Shown piece after piece: positions 25,001-40,000 of a DNA stretch of 64,000 bases (position 1 is its first letter; each line of letters starts with the position of its first letter). Origin of the DNA: Eledone cirrhosa (Eukaryota). The notes beneath the pieces were generated by a model, which had not been told where the DNA came from, did not search any database, and was given only the letters and a program-made list of their open reading frames with translations. Location: NCBI GenBank assembly GCA_964016885.1, contig OZ024744.1:63674001-63738000 (forward strand), read 5' to 3'. A program made the translations under genes and the position numbers.

Positions 25001-28000
25001 ACAGTGTGGTATAGTTCACTGTACTGTGTCTATAACTAAGATACTCTACTGTCAACAGTCCACCTAGCTGTAAGTAGGTACTACAGTGTGATATAGTTCA
25101 CTGTACTGTGTCTATAACTAAGACACTCCACTGTCAACAGTCCACCTAGCTGTAAGTAGGTACCACAGTGTGGTATAGTTCACTGTACTGTGTCTATAAC
25201 CAAGACACTTAACTGTCAACAGTTCACCTAGTTGTAAGTAGGTAACATAGTGTGGTATAGTTCACTGACTGTGTCTATAACTAAGATACTCCACTGTCAA
25301 CAGTCCACCTAGCTGTAAGTAGGAACCACAGTGTGGTATAGTTCACTGTACTGTGTCTATAACCAAGACACTCCACTGTCAACAGTCCACCTAGCTGTGA
25401 GTAGGTACCACAGTGTGATATAGTTCACTGTACTGTGTTTATAACCAAGACACTCCACAGTCAACAGTCCACCGAGCTGTAAGTAGGTACCACTGTGTGG
25501 TATAGTTCACGGTACTGTGTCTATGACCAAGACACTTAACTGTCAACAGTCCAGTCCACCTAACCGTAAGTAGGTACCACAGTGTGGTATAGTTCACTGT
25601 ACTGTGTCTATAACCAAGACACTTAACTGTCAACAGTCCACCTAGCTGTAAGTAGGTACCACATTGTGATATATTTCACTGTACTGTGTCTATAACCATG
25701 ACACTCCACTGTAAACAGTCCACCTAGCTGTATGTAGGTACCACAGTGCGGTATAGTTCACTGTACTGTGTCTATAACCAAGATACTCCACTGTCAACAG
25801 TTCACCGAGCTGTAAGTAGGTACCACAGTGTGGTATAGTTCACTGTACTGTGTCTATAACCAAGACACTTAACTGTCAACAGTGCACCTAGCTGTAAGTA
25901 GGTACCACAGTGTGATATAGTTCACTGTACTGTGTCTATAATTAAGACAACTGTCAACAGTCCACCTAGCTGTAAGTAGGTAACATAGTGTGGTATAGTT
26001 CACTGTACTGTGTCTATAACTGAGATACTTAACTGTCAAAAGTCCAGTCTACCTAGCTGTAAGTAGATACCACAGTGTGGTATAGTTCACTGTACTGTGT
26101 CTATAACTAAGATACTCCATTGTCAACAGTGCACCTAGCTGTAAGTAGGTTACACAGTGTGGTATAGTTCACTGAACTGTGTCTATAACCAAGACACTTA
26201 ACTGTCAACAGTCCATTCCACCTAGCCGTATGTAGGTACCACAGTGTGATATAGTTCCCTGTACTGTTTCTATAACCAAGACACGCCACTGCCAACAGTC
26301 CAGTCCACCTAGCTGTAAGTATGTACCATAGTGTGGTATAGTTCACTGTACTGTGTCTATAACCAAGACACTTAACTGTCAACAGTCCACCTAGCTGTAA
26401 GTAGGTACCACAGTGTGGTATAGTTCACTGTACTGTGTCTATAACCAAGACACTTAACTGTCAACAGTCCAGTCCACCTAGCCGTAAGTAGGTACCACAG
26501 TGTGATATAGTTCACTGAACTGTGTCTATAACTAAGACACTCCACTGTCAACAGTCCACCTAGCTGTAAGTAGGTACCACTGTGTTGTATAGTTCAATGT
26601 ACTATGTCTATAACCAAGACACTTAACTGTCAACAGTCTACCTAGCTGTAAGTAGGTACCACAGTGTGGTATAGTTCACTGTACTGTGTCTATAACTAAG
26701 ATACTCTACTGTCAACAGTCCACCTAGCTGTAAGTAGGTACTACAGTGTGATATAGTTCACTGTACTGTGTCTATAACTAAGACACTCCACTGTCAACAG
26801 TCCACCTAGCTGTAAGTAGGTACCACAGTGTGGTATAGTTCACTGTACTGTGTCTATAACCAAGACACTTAACTATCAACAGTCTACTAGCTATAAGTAG
26901 GTACCACAGTGTGATATAGTTCACTGTACTGTGTCTATAACCAAGACACTTAACTGTCAACAGTCCACCTAGCTGTAAGTAGGTACCACAGTGTGGTATA
27001 GTTCACTGTACTGTGTCTATAACTAAGACACTTAACTGTCAACAGTCCAGTCCACCTAGCTGTAAGTAGGTACCACAGTGTGGTATAGTTCACTGTACTG
27101 TGTCTATAACCAAGACACTTATCTGTCAACAGTCCACCTAGCTGTAAGTAGGTACCACAGTGTGGTATAGTTCACTGTACTGTGTCTATAACTAAGACAC
27201 TTAACTGTCAACAGTCCAGTCCACCTAGCTGTAAGTAGGTACCACAGTGTGGTATAGTTCACTGTACTGTGTCTATAACCAAGACACTTATCTGTCAACA
27301 GTCCACCTAGCTATAAGTAGGTATCACAGTGTGATATAGTTCACTGTACTGTGTCTATAATTAAGACAACTGTCAACAGTCCACCTAGCTGTATGTAGGT
27401 ACCACAGTGCGGTATAGTTCACTGTACTGTTTCTATAACTAAGACACTCCACTGTCAACAGTCCACCTAGCTATAAGTAGGTACCACAGTGTGATATAGT
27501 TCACTGTACTGTGTCTATAATTAAGACAACTGTCAACAGTCCACCTAGCTGTAAGTAGGTACCACAGTGTGGTATAGTTCACTGTACTGTGTCTATAACT
27601 AAGATACTCCACTGACAACAGTCCACCTAGCTGTAAGTAGGTACCACAGTGTGATATAGTTCACTGTACTGTGTCTATAACTAAGACACTCCACTGTCAA
27701 CAGTCCACCGAGCTGTAAGTAGGTACCACAGTCTGGTATAGTTCACTGTACTGTGTCTATAACCAAGACACTTAACTGTCAACAGTCCACCTAGCTGTAA
27801 GTAGGTACCACAGTGTGGTATAGTTCACTGTACTGTGTCTATAACCAAAACACTCCACTGTCAACAGTCCACCTAGCTGTAAGTAGGTACCACAGTGTGG
27901 TATAATTCACTGTACTGTGTCTATAACTAAGACACTTAACTGACAACAGTCCACCTAGCTATAAGTAGGTACCACAGTGTGATATTGTTCACAGTACTGT

Positions 28001-31000
28001 GTCTATAACCAAGACACTTAACTGTCAAAGTGCACCTAGCTGTAAGTAGGTAACACAGTGTGGTATAGTTCACTGAACTGTGTCTATAACCAAGACACTC
28101 CACTGTCAACAGTCCACCTAGCTGTAAGTAGGTACCACAGTGTGGTATAGTTCACTGTACTGTGTCTATAACCAAGACACTCCACTGTCAACAGTCCACC
28201 TAGCTGTAAGTAGGTACCACAGTGTGGCATAGTTCACTTAACTGTCAACAGTGCACCTAGCTGTAAGTAGGTACCACAGTGTGGTATAGTTCACTGTACT
28301 GTGTCTACAACCAAGACACTTAACTGTCAACAGTCCAGTCCACCTAGCTGTAGGTAGGTACCACAGTGTGATATAGTTCACTGTACTGTGTCTATAACCA
28401 AGACACTCCACTGTCAACAGTCCCCCTAGCTGTAAGTAGGTACCACAGTGTGCTATAGTTCACTGTACTGTGTCTATAACCAAGACACTTAACTGTCAAC
28501 AGTCCACCTAGCTGTAAGTAGGTACCACTGTGTTGTATAGTTCACGGTACTGTGTCTATAATTAAGATACTTAACTGTCAACAGTCCAGTCCACCTAGCT
28601 GTAGGTAGGTACCACAGTCTGGTATAGTTCACTGTACTGTGTCTATAACTAAGATACTTAACTGTCAACAGTCCAGTCCACCTAGCTGTAAGTAGGTACC
28701 ACAGTGTGGTATAGTTCACTGTACTGTGTCTATAACCAAGACACTTAACTGTCAACAGTCCACCTAGCTATAAGTAGGTACCACAGTGTGGTATAGTTCA
28801 CTGTACTGTGTCTATAACTAAGACACTTAACTGTCAACAGTGCACCTAGCTGTAAGTAGGTACCACAGTGTGGTATAGTTCACTGTACTGTGTCTATAAC
28901 TAAGACACTTAACTGACAACGGTCCACCTAGCTATAAGTAGGTACCACAGTGTGATATAGTTTACTGTACTGTGTCTATAACTAAGACACTTAACTGACA
29001 ACGGTCCACCTAGCTATAAGTAGGTACCACAGTGTGATATAGTTCACAGTACTGTGTCTATAACCAAGACACTTAACTGTCAACAGTGCACCTAGCTGTA
29101 AGTAGGTAACACAGTGTGGTATAGTTCACTGAACTGTGTCTATAACCAAGACACTTAACTGTCAACAGTCCACCTAGCTGTAAGTAGGTACCACAGTGTG
29201 GTATAGTTCACTGTACTGTGTCTATAACCAAGACACTCCACTGTCAACAGTCCACCTAGCTGTAAGTAGGTACCACAGTGTGGTATAGTTCACTGTACTG
29301 TGTCTATAACCAAGACACTTAACTGTCAACAGTGCACCTAGCTGTAAGTAGGTACCACGGTGTGATATAGTTCACTGTACTGTGTCTATAACTAAGTCAA
29401 CCTAGCTGTAGGTAGGTACCACAGTGTGGTATAGTTCACTGTACTGTGTCTATAACCAAGATACTTAACAGTGAACAGTTCAGTCCACGTAGCTGTAAGT
29501 AGGTACCACAGTGTGGTATAGTTCACTGTACTGTGTATATAACTGAGATACTTAACTGTCAAAAGTCCACCTAGCTGTAAGTAGGTGCCACTGTGTTGTA
29601 TAGTTCACTGTACTGTGTCTATAACCAAGACACTTAACTGTCAACAGTCCAGTCCACCTAGCTGTAAGTAGGTACGACAGTGTTGTATAGTTCACGGTAC
29701 TGTGTCTATGACCAAGACACTTAACTGTCAACAGTCCAGTCCACCTAGCTGTAAGTAGGTACCACAGTGTGATATAGTTCACAGTACTGTGTCTATAACC
29801 AAGACCCTCCACTGTGAACAGCGCACCTAGCTGTAAGTAGGTACCACAGTGTGGTATAGTTCACTGTACTGTGTCTATAACCAAGATACTTAACTGTCAA
29901 CAGTCCAGTCCACCTAGCTGTAGGTAGGTACCACAGTGTGGTATAGTTCACTGTACTGTGTCTATAACCAAGACACTCCACTGTCAACAGTCCACCTAGC
30001 TGTAGGTAGGTACCACAGTCTGGTATAGTTCACTGTACTGTGTCTATAACTAAGACACTTAACTGTGAACAGTTCACCTAGCTGTAAGTAGGTACCACAG
30101 TGTGGTATAGTTTACTGTACTGTGTCTATAACTAAGATACTTAACTGTCAAAAGTCCACCTAGCTGTAAGTAGGTACCACTGCGTTGTATAGTTCACTGT
30201 ACTGTGTCTATAACCAAGACACTTAACTGTCAACAGTCCAGTCCACCTAGCTGTAAGTAGGTACCACAGTGTGGTATAGTTCACTGTACTGTGTCTATAA
30301 CTAAGACACTTAACTGTCAACAGTCCAGTCCACCTAGCTGTAGGTAGGTACCACAGTGTGGTATAGTTCACTGTACTGTGTCTATAACTAAGACACTTAA
30401 CTGTCAACAGTTCACCTAGCTGTAAGTAGGTACCACAGTGTGGTATAGTTCACTGTTCTGTGTCTATAACGAAGACACTCCACTGTCAACAGTCCACCTA
30501 GCTGTATGTAGATACCACAGTGCGGTATAGTTCACTGTACTGTGTCTATAACTAAGACACTCCACTGTCAACAGTCCACCTAGCTATAAGTAGGTACCAC
30601 AGTGTGATATAGTTCACTGTACTGTGTCTATAACCAAGACACTTAACTGTCAACAGTGCACCTAGCTGTAAGTAGGTACCACAGTGTGGTATAGTTCACT
30701 GTACTGTGTCTATAACTAAGACACTTAACTGACAACAGTCCACCTAGCTATAAGTAGGTACCACAGTGTGATATAGTTCACAGTACTGTGTCTATAACCA
30801 AGACATTTAACTGTCAAAGTGCACCTAGCTGTAAGTAGGTAACACAGTGTGGTATAGTTCAATGAACAGTGTCTATAACCAAGACACTTAACTGTCAACA
30901 GTCCACCTAGCTGTAAGTAGGTACCACAGTGTGGTATAGTTCACTGTACTGTGTCTATAACCAAGACACTCCACTGTCAACAGTCCACCTAGCTGTAAGT

Positions 31001-34000
31001 AGGTACCACAGTGTGGCATAGTTCACTGTACTGTGTCTATAACCAAGACACTTAACTGTCAACAGTGCACCTAGCTGTAAGTAGGTACCACTGTGTGGTA
31101 TAATTCACCGTACTGTGTCTATAACTAAGACACTTAACTGACAACAGTCCACCTAGCTGTAAGTAGGTACCACAGTGTGGTATAGTTCACTGTACTGTGT
31201 CTATAACCAAGATACTTAACAGTCAACAGTTCAGTCCACGTAGCTGTAAGTAGGTACCACAGTGTGGTATAGTTTACTGTACTGTGTCTATAACTAAGAT
31301 ACTTAACTGTCAAAAGTCCACCTAGCTGTAAGTAGGTACCACTGCGTTGTATAGTTCACTGTACTGTGTCTATAACCAAGACACTTAACTGTCAACAGTC
31401 CAGTCCACCTAGCTGTAAGTAGGTACCACAGTGTGGTATAGTTCACTGTACTGTGTCTATAACTAAGATACTTAACTGTCAACAGTCCAGTCCACCTAGC
31501 TGTAGGTAGGTACCACAGTCTGGTATAGTTCACTGTACTGTGTCTATAACTAAGACACTTAACTGTCAACAGTTCACCTAGCTGTAAGTAGGTACCACAG
31601 TGTGGTATAGTTCACTGTACTGTGTCTATAACTAAGACACTCCACTGTCAACAGTCCACTTAGCTATAAGTAGGTACCACAGTGTGATATAGTTCACTGT
31701 ACTGTGTCTATAACCAAGATACTCCAATTTCAACAGTTCACCTAGCTGTAAGTAGGTACCACAGTGTGGTATAGTTCACTGTACTGTGTCTATAACCAAG
31801 ACACTCCACTGTCAACAGTCCACCTAGCTGTAAGTAGGTACCACAGTGTGGTATAGTTCACTGTAATCTGTCTATAACCATGACACTCCACTGTCAACAG
31901 TCCAGTCCACCTAGCTGTAGGTAGGTACCACAGTCTGGTATAGTTCACTGTACTGTGTCTATAACTAAGACACTTAACTGTGAACAGTCCACCTAGCTGT
32001 AAGTAGGTACCACTGCGTTGTATAGTTCACTGTACTGTGTCTATAACCAAGACACTCCACTGTCAACAGTCCACCTAGCTGTAAGTAGGTACCACAGTGT
32101 GGTATAGTTCACTGTACTGTGTCTATAACCAAGACACTTAACTGTCAACAGTCCAGTCCACCTAGCTGTAAGTAGGTACCACAGTGTGGTATAGTTCACG
32201 GTACTGTGTCTATGACCAAGACACTTCACTGTCAACAGTCCAGTCCACCTAGCTGTAAGTAGGTACCACAGTGTGATATAGTACACAGTACTGTGTCTAT
32301 AACCAAGACACTCCACTGTCAACAGTCCACCTAGCTGTAAGTAGGTACCACTGTGTTGTATAGTTCACTGTACTGTCAACAGTCCAGTCCACCTAGCTGT
32401 AAGTAGGTACCACAGTGTGGTATAGTTCACTGTACTGTTTCTATAACTAAGATACTTAACTGTCAACAGTCCAGTCCACCTAGCTGTAGGTAGGTACCAC
32501 AGTCTGGTATAGTTCACTGTACTGTGTCTATAACTAAGACACTTAACTGTCAACAGTTCACCTAGCTGTAAGTAGGTACCACAGTGTGGTATAGTTCACT
32601 GTACTGTGTCTATAACCAAGACACTCCACTGTCAACAGTCCACCTAGCTGTATGTAGGTACCACAGTGCGGTATAGTTCACTGTACTGTGTCTATAACTA
32701 AGACACTCCACTGTCAACAGTCCACCTAGCTATAAGTAGGTACCACAGTGTGATATAGTTCACTGTACTGTGTCTATAACCAAGATACTCCAATTTCAAC
32801 AGTTCACCTAGCTGTAAGTAGGTACCACAGTGTGGTATAGTTCACTGTACTGTGTCTATAACCAAGACACTCCACTGTCAACAGTCCACCTAGCTGTAAG
32901 TAGGTACCACAGTGTGGTATAGTTCACTGTAAACTGTCTATAACCAAGACACTCCACTGTCAACAGTCCACCTAGCTGTAAGTAGGTACCACATTGTGGT
33001 ATAGTTCATGGTACTGTGTCTATAACCAAGACACTTAACTGTCAACAGTCCACCTAGCTGTAAGTAGGTACCACAGTGTGATATAGTTCACTGTACTGTG
33101 TCTATAATTAAGACAACTGTCAACAGTCCACCTAGCTGTAAGTAGGTACCACAGTGTGGTATAGTTCACTGTACTGTGTCTAACTAAGATACTTAACTGT
33201 CAAAAGTCCAGTCCACGTAGCTGTAAGTAGGTACCACAGTGTGGTATAGTTCACTGTACTGTGTCTATAACTAAGATACTCCACTGTCAACATTTCACCT
33301 AGCTGTAAGTAGGTACCACAGTGTGATATAGTTCACAGTACTGTGTCTATAACCAAGAGACTTAACTGTCAACAGTGCACCTAGCTGTAAGTAGGTACCA
33401 CAGTCTGGTATAGTTCACTGTACTGTGTCTATAACCAAGACACTTAACTGTCAACAGTGCACCTAGCTGTAAGTAGGTACCACAGTGTGGTATAATTCAC
33501 CGTACTGTGTCTATAACTAAGACACTTAACTGACAACAGTCCACCTAGCTATAAGTAGGTACCACAGTGTGGTATAGTTCACTGTACTGTGTCTATAACC
33601 AAGACACTTAACTGTCAACAGTGCACCTAGCTGTAAGTAGGTACCACAGTGTGATATAGTTCACTGTACTGTGTCTATAACTAAGACACTTAACTGACAA
33701 CAGTCAACCTAGCTGTAAGTAGGTACCACAGTGTGGTATAGTTCACTGTACTGCGTCTATAACCAAGATACTTAACAGTGAACAGTTCAGTCCACGTAGC
33801 TGTAAGAAGGTACCACAGTGTGGTATAGTTCACTGTACTGTGTATATAACTGAGATACCTAACTGTCAAAAGTCCACCTGGCTGTAAGTAGGTACCACTG
33901 TGTTGTATAGTTCACTGTACTGTGTCTATAACCAAGACACTTAACTGTCAACAGTCCAGTCCACCTAGCTGTAAGTAGGTACCACAGTGTTGTATAGTTC

Positions 34001-37000
34001 ACGGTACTGTGTCTATGACCAAGACACTTAATTGTCAACAGTCCAGTCCACCTAGCTGTAAGTAGGTACCACAGTGTGATATAGTTCACAGTACTGTGTC
34101 TATAACCAAGACCCTCCACTCTGAACAGCGCACCTAGCTGTAAGTAGGTACCACAGTGTGGTATAGTTCACTGTACTGTGTCTATAACCAAGATACTTAA
34201 TTGTCAACAGTCCAGTCCACCTAGCTGTAGGTAGGTACCACAGTCTGGTATAGTTCACTGTACTGTGTCTATAACTAAGACACTTAACTGTGAACAGTTC
34301 ACCTAGCTGTAAGTAGGTACCACAGTGTGGTGTAGTTCACTGTACTGTGTCTATAACCAAGACACTCCACTGTCAACAGTCCACCTAGCTGTATGTAGGT
34401 ACCACAGTGCGGTATAGTTCACTGTACTGTGTCTATAACCAAAACACTCCACTGTCAACAGTCCACCTAGCTGTAAGTAGGTACCACAGTGTGGTATAGT
34501 TCACTGTACTGTGTCTATAACCAAGACACTCCACTGTCAACAGTCCACCTCGCTGTAAGTAGGTACCACAGTGTGGTATAGTTCATGGTACTGTGTCTAT
34601 AACCAAGACACTTAACTGTGAACAGTCCACCTAGCTGTAAGTAGGTAACATAGTGAGGTATAGTTCACTGTACTGTGTCTATAACTGAGATACTTAACTG
34701 TCAAAAGTCCCGTCCACCTAGCTGTAAGTAGGTACCACAGTGTGGTATAGTTCACTGTACTGTGTCTATAACTAAGATACTCCACTGTCACCAGTTCACC
34801 TAGCTGTAAGTAGGTACCACAGTGTGATATAGTTCACAGTACTGTGTCTATAACCAAGACACTTAACTGTCAACTGTGCACCTAGCTGTAAGTAGGTAAC
34901 ACAGTGTGGTATAGTTCACTGAACTGTGTCTATAACCAAGACACTCCACTGTCAACAGTCCACCTAGCTGTAAGTAGGTACCACAGTGTGGTATAGTTCA
35001 CTGTACTGTGTCTATAACCAAGACACTTAACTGTCAACAGTGCACCTAGCTGTAAGTAGGTACCACAGTGTGGTATAATTCACCATACTGTGTCTATAAC
35101 TAAGACACTTAACTGACAACAGTCCACCTAGCTATAAGTAGGTACCACAGTGTGATATAGTTCACTGTACTGTGTCTATAACTAAGACACTTAACTGACA
35201 ACGGTCCACCTAGCTATAAGTAGGTACCACAGTGTGATATTGTTCACAGTACTGTGTCTATAACCAAGACACTTAACTGTCAACTGTGCACCTAGCTGTA
35301 AGTAGGTACCACAGTGTGGTATAGTTCACTGAACTGTGTCTATAACCAAGACACTTAACTGTCAACAGTCCACCTAGCTGTAAGTAGGTACCACAGTGTG
35401 GTATAGTTCACTGTACTGTGTCTATAACCAAGACACTCCACTGTCAACAGTCCACCTAGCTGTAAGTAGGTACCACAGTGTGGTATAGTTCACTGTACTG
35501 TGTCTATAACCAAGACGCTTAACTGTCAACAGTGCACCTAGCTGTAAGTAGGTACCACAGTGTGGTATAGTTCACTGTACTGTGTCTATAACCAAGACAC
35601 TCCACTGTCAACAGTCCACCTAGCTGTAAGTAGGTACCACAGTGTGGTATAGTTCACTGTACTGTGTCTATAACCAAGACGCTTAACTGTCAACAGTGCA
35701 CCTAGCTGTAAGTAGGTACCACAGTGTGGTATAATTCACCATACTGTGTCTATAACTAAGACACTTAACTGACAACAGTCAACCTAGCTGTAAGTAGGTA
35801 CCACAGTGTTGTATAGTTCACTGTAGTGTGTCTATAACCAAGACACTTGACTGTCAACCGTCCAGTCCACCTAGCTGTAAGTAGGTACCACAGTGTGGTA
35901 TAGTTCACTGTACTGTGTCTATAACTAAGATACTCCACTGTCAACAGTCCACCTAGCTGTAAGTAGGTACCACTGTGGTATAGTTCACTGTACGGTGTCT
36001 ATAACCAAGATACTTAACTATCAACAGTCCACCTAGCTGTAAGTAGGTAACATAGTGTGGTAATGTTCACTGTACTGTGTCTATACCTAAGACACTTAAC
36101 TGTCAACAGTCCACCTAGCCGTAAGTAGGTACCACAGTGTGATATAGTTCACTGAACTGTGTCTATAACTAAGATACTCCACTGTCAACAGTCCACCTAG
36201 CTGTAAGTAGGTACCACTGCGTCGTATAGTTCAATGTACTATGTCTATAACCAAGACCCTTAACTGTCAACAGTCTACCTAGCTGTAAGTAGGTACCACA
36301 GTGTGGTATAGTTCACTGTACTGTGTCTATAACTAAGATACTCTACTGTCAACAGTCCACCTAGCTGTAAGTAGGTACCACAGTGTGATATAGTTCACTG
36401 TACTGTGTCTATAACTAAGATACTCCACTGTCAACAGTCCACCTAGCTGTAAGTAGGTACCACAGTGTGATATAGTTTACTGTACTGTGTCTATAACCAA
36501 GATACTTAACTGTCAACAGTCCACCTAGCTATAAGTAGGTACCATAGTGTGGTATATTTCACCGTACTGTGTCTATAACCAAGACACTCCACTGTCAACA
36601 GTCCACCTAGCTGTAAGTAAGTACCACATTGTGGTATAGTTCAATGTACTGTGTCTATAACCAAGTCACTTAAATGTCAACAGTCCACCTAGCTGTAAGT
36701 AGGTACCACTGTGTGGTATAGTTCACTGTACTGTGTCTATAACCAAGACACTTCACTGTCAACAGTCCAGTCCACCTAGCTGTAAGTAGGTACCACAGTG
36801 TGATATAGTTCACTGTATTGTGTCTATAACCAAGACACTTAACAGTCAACAGTCCACCTAGCTGTAAGTAGGTACCACAGTGTGGTATAGTTCACTGTAC
36901 TGTGTCTATAACCAAGACACTTAACTGTCAACAGTGCACCTAGCTGTAAGTAGGTACCACAGTGTGGTATAGTTCACTGTACTGTGTCAATATCCAAGAC

Positions 37001-40000
37001 ACTTAACTCTCAACAGTTCAGTCCACCTAGCTATAAGTAGGTACCACAGTGTGGTATAGTTCACTGTACTGTGTCTATAACCAAGACACTTAGCTGTCAA
37101 CAGTCCACCTAGCTGTAAGTAGGTACTACAGTGTGGTATAGTTCACTGTACTGTGTCTATAACCAAGACACTCCACTGTAAACACTCCAGTCCACCTAGC
37201 TGTAAGTAGGTACCACAGTGTGGTATAGTTCACTGTACTGTGTCTATAACCAAGACACTTAACTGTAAACAGTCCACCTAGCTGTAAGTAGGTACCACAG
37301 TGTGATATATTTCACTGTACTGTGTCTATAACCAAGACACTTAACTGTAAACAGTCCACCTCGCTATAAGTAGGTACCACAGTGTGGTATAGTTCACTGT
37401 ACTGTGTCTTTAATCAAGACACTTAACTGTAAACAGTCCACCTAGCTATAAGTAGGTACCACAGTGTGGTATAGTTCACTGTACTGTGTATATAACCAAG
37501 ACACTTATCTATCACCGGTCCACCTAGCTATAAGTAGGTACCACAGTGTGGTATAGTTCACTGTACTGTGTATATAACCAAGACACTTATCTATCACCAG
37601 TCCACCTTGCTGTAAGTAGGTACCACAGTGTGATATAGTTCACTGTACTGTGTCTATAACCAAGACACTCCACTGTCAACAGTCCACCTAGTGGTAAGTA
37701 GGTACCACAGCGGGGTATAGTTCACTGTACTGTGTCTATAACCAAATCACTTAGCTGTCAACAGTCCACCTAGCTGTAAGTAGATACCACAGTGTGATAT
37801 AGTTCACAGTACTGTGTCTATAACCAAGACACTTAATTGTCAAGAAGTCCACTTAGCTGTAAGTAGGTACCACAGTGTGGTTTAGTTCACTGTACTGTGT
37901 ATATAACCAAGGCACTTATCTATCACCAGTCCACCTTGCTGTAAGTAGGTACCACAGTGTGATATAGTTCACTGTACTGTGTCTATAACCAAGACATGTA
38001 ACTCAACAGTCCACCCAGCTGTAAATAGCTACCACAGTGTGATATAGTTCACTGTACTGTGTCTATAACCAAGACACTTAACTGTCAACAGTCCACCTAG
38101 CTGTAAGTAGGTACCACAGTATGGTATAGTTCACTGTACTGTGTCTACGAGCTAGACACTTAACTGTCAACAGTGCACCTATCTGTAAGTAGGTACCACA
38201 GTGTGGTATAGTTCACTGTACTCTGTCTATAACCAAGACACTTAACTGTCAACAGTTCAGTCCACCTAACTGTAAGTAGGTACCACAGTGTGGCATAGTT
38301 CACTTAACTGTCAACAGTGCACCTAGCTGTAAGTAGGTACCACAGTGTGGTATAGTTCACTGTACTGTGTCTACAACCAAGACACTTAACTGTCAACAGT
38401 CCAGTCCACCTAGCTGTAAGTAGGTACCACAGTGTGATATAGTTCACTGTACTGTGTCTATAACCAAGACACTCCACTGTCAACAGTCCCCCTAGCTGTA
38501 AGTAGGTACCACAGTGTGCTATAGTTCACTGTACTGTGTCTATAACCAAGACACTTAACTGTCAACAGTCCACCTAGCTGTAAGTAGGTACCACTGTGTT
38601 GTATAGTTCACGGTACTGTGTCTATAATTAAGATACTTAACTGTCAACAGTCCAGTCCACCTAGCTGTAGGTAGGTACCACAGTCTGGTATAGTTCACTG
38701 TACTGTGTCTATAACTAAGATACTTAACTGTCAACAGTCCAGTCCACCTAGCTGTAAGTAGGTACCACAGTGTGGTATAGTTCACTGTACTGTGTCTATA
38801 ACCAAGACACTTAACTGTCAACAGTCCACCTAGCTATAAGTAGGTACCACAGTGTGGTATAGTTCACTGTACTGTGTCTATAACTAAGACACTTAACTGT
38901 CAACAGTGCACCTAGCTGTAAGTAGGTACCACAGTGTGGTATAGTTCACTGTACTGTGTCTATAACTAAGACACTTAACTGACAACGGTCCACCTAGCTA
39001 TAAGTAGGTACCACAGTGTGATATAGTTTACTGTACTGTGTCTATAACTAAGACACTTAACTGACAACGGTCCACCTAGCTATAAGTAGGTACCACAGTG
39101 TGATATAGTTCACAGTACTGTGTCTATAACCAAGACACTTAACTGTCAACAGTGCACCTAGCTGTAAGTAGGTAACACAGTGTGGTATAGTTCACTGAAC
39201 TGTGTCTATAACCAAGACACTTAACTGTCAACAGTCCACCTAGCTGTAAGTAGGTACCACAGTGTGGTATAGTTCACTGTACTGTGTCTATAACCAAGAC
39301 ACTCCACTGTCAACAGTCCACCTAGCTGTAAGTAGGTACCACAGTGTGGTATAGTTCACTGTACTGTGTCTATAACCAAGACACTTAACTGTCAACAGTG
39401 CACCTAGCTGTAAGTAGGTACCACAGTGTGATATAGTTCACTGTACTGTGTCTATAACTAAGACACTTAACTGACAACAGTCAACCTAGCTGTAAGTAGG
39501 TACCACAGTGTGGTATAGTTCACTGTACTGTGTCTATAACCAAGATACTTAACAGTGAACAGTTCAGTCCACGTAGCTGTAAGTAGGTACCACAGTGTGG
39601 TATAGTTCACTGTACTGTGTATATAACTGAGATACTTAACTGTCAAAAGTCCACCTAGCTGTAAGTAGGTACCACTGTGTTGTATAGTTCACTGTACTGT
39701 GTCTATAACCAAGACACTTAACTGTCAACAGTCCAGTCCACCTAGCTGTAAGTAGGTACGACAGTGTTGTATAGTTCACGGTACTGTGTCTATGACCAAG
39801 ACACTTAACTGTCAACAGTCCAGTCCACCTAGCTGTAAGTAGGTACCACAGTGTGATATAGTTCACAGTACTGTGTCTATAACCAAGACCCTCCACTGTG
39901 AACAGCGCACCTAGCTGTAGGTAGGTACCACAGTGTGGTATAGTTCACTGTACTGTGTCTATAACCAAGATACTTAACTCTCAACAGTCCAGTCCACCTA

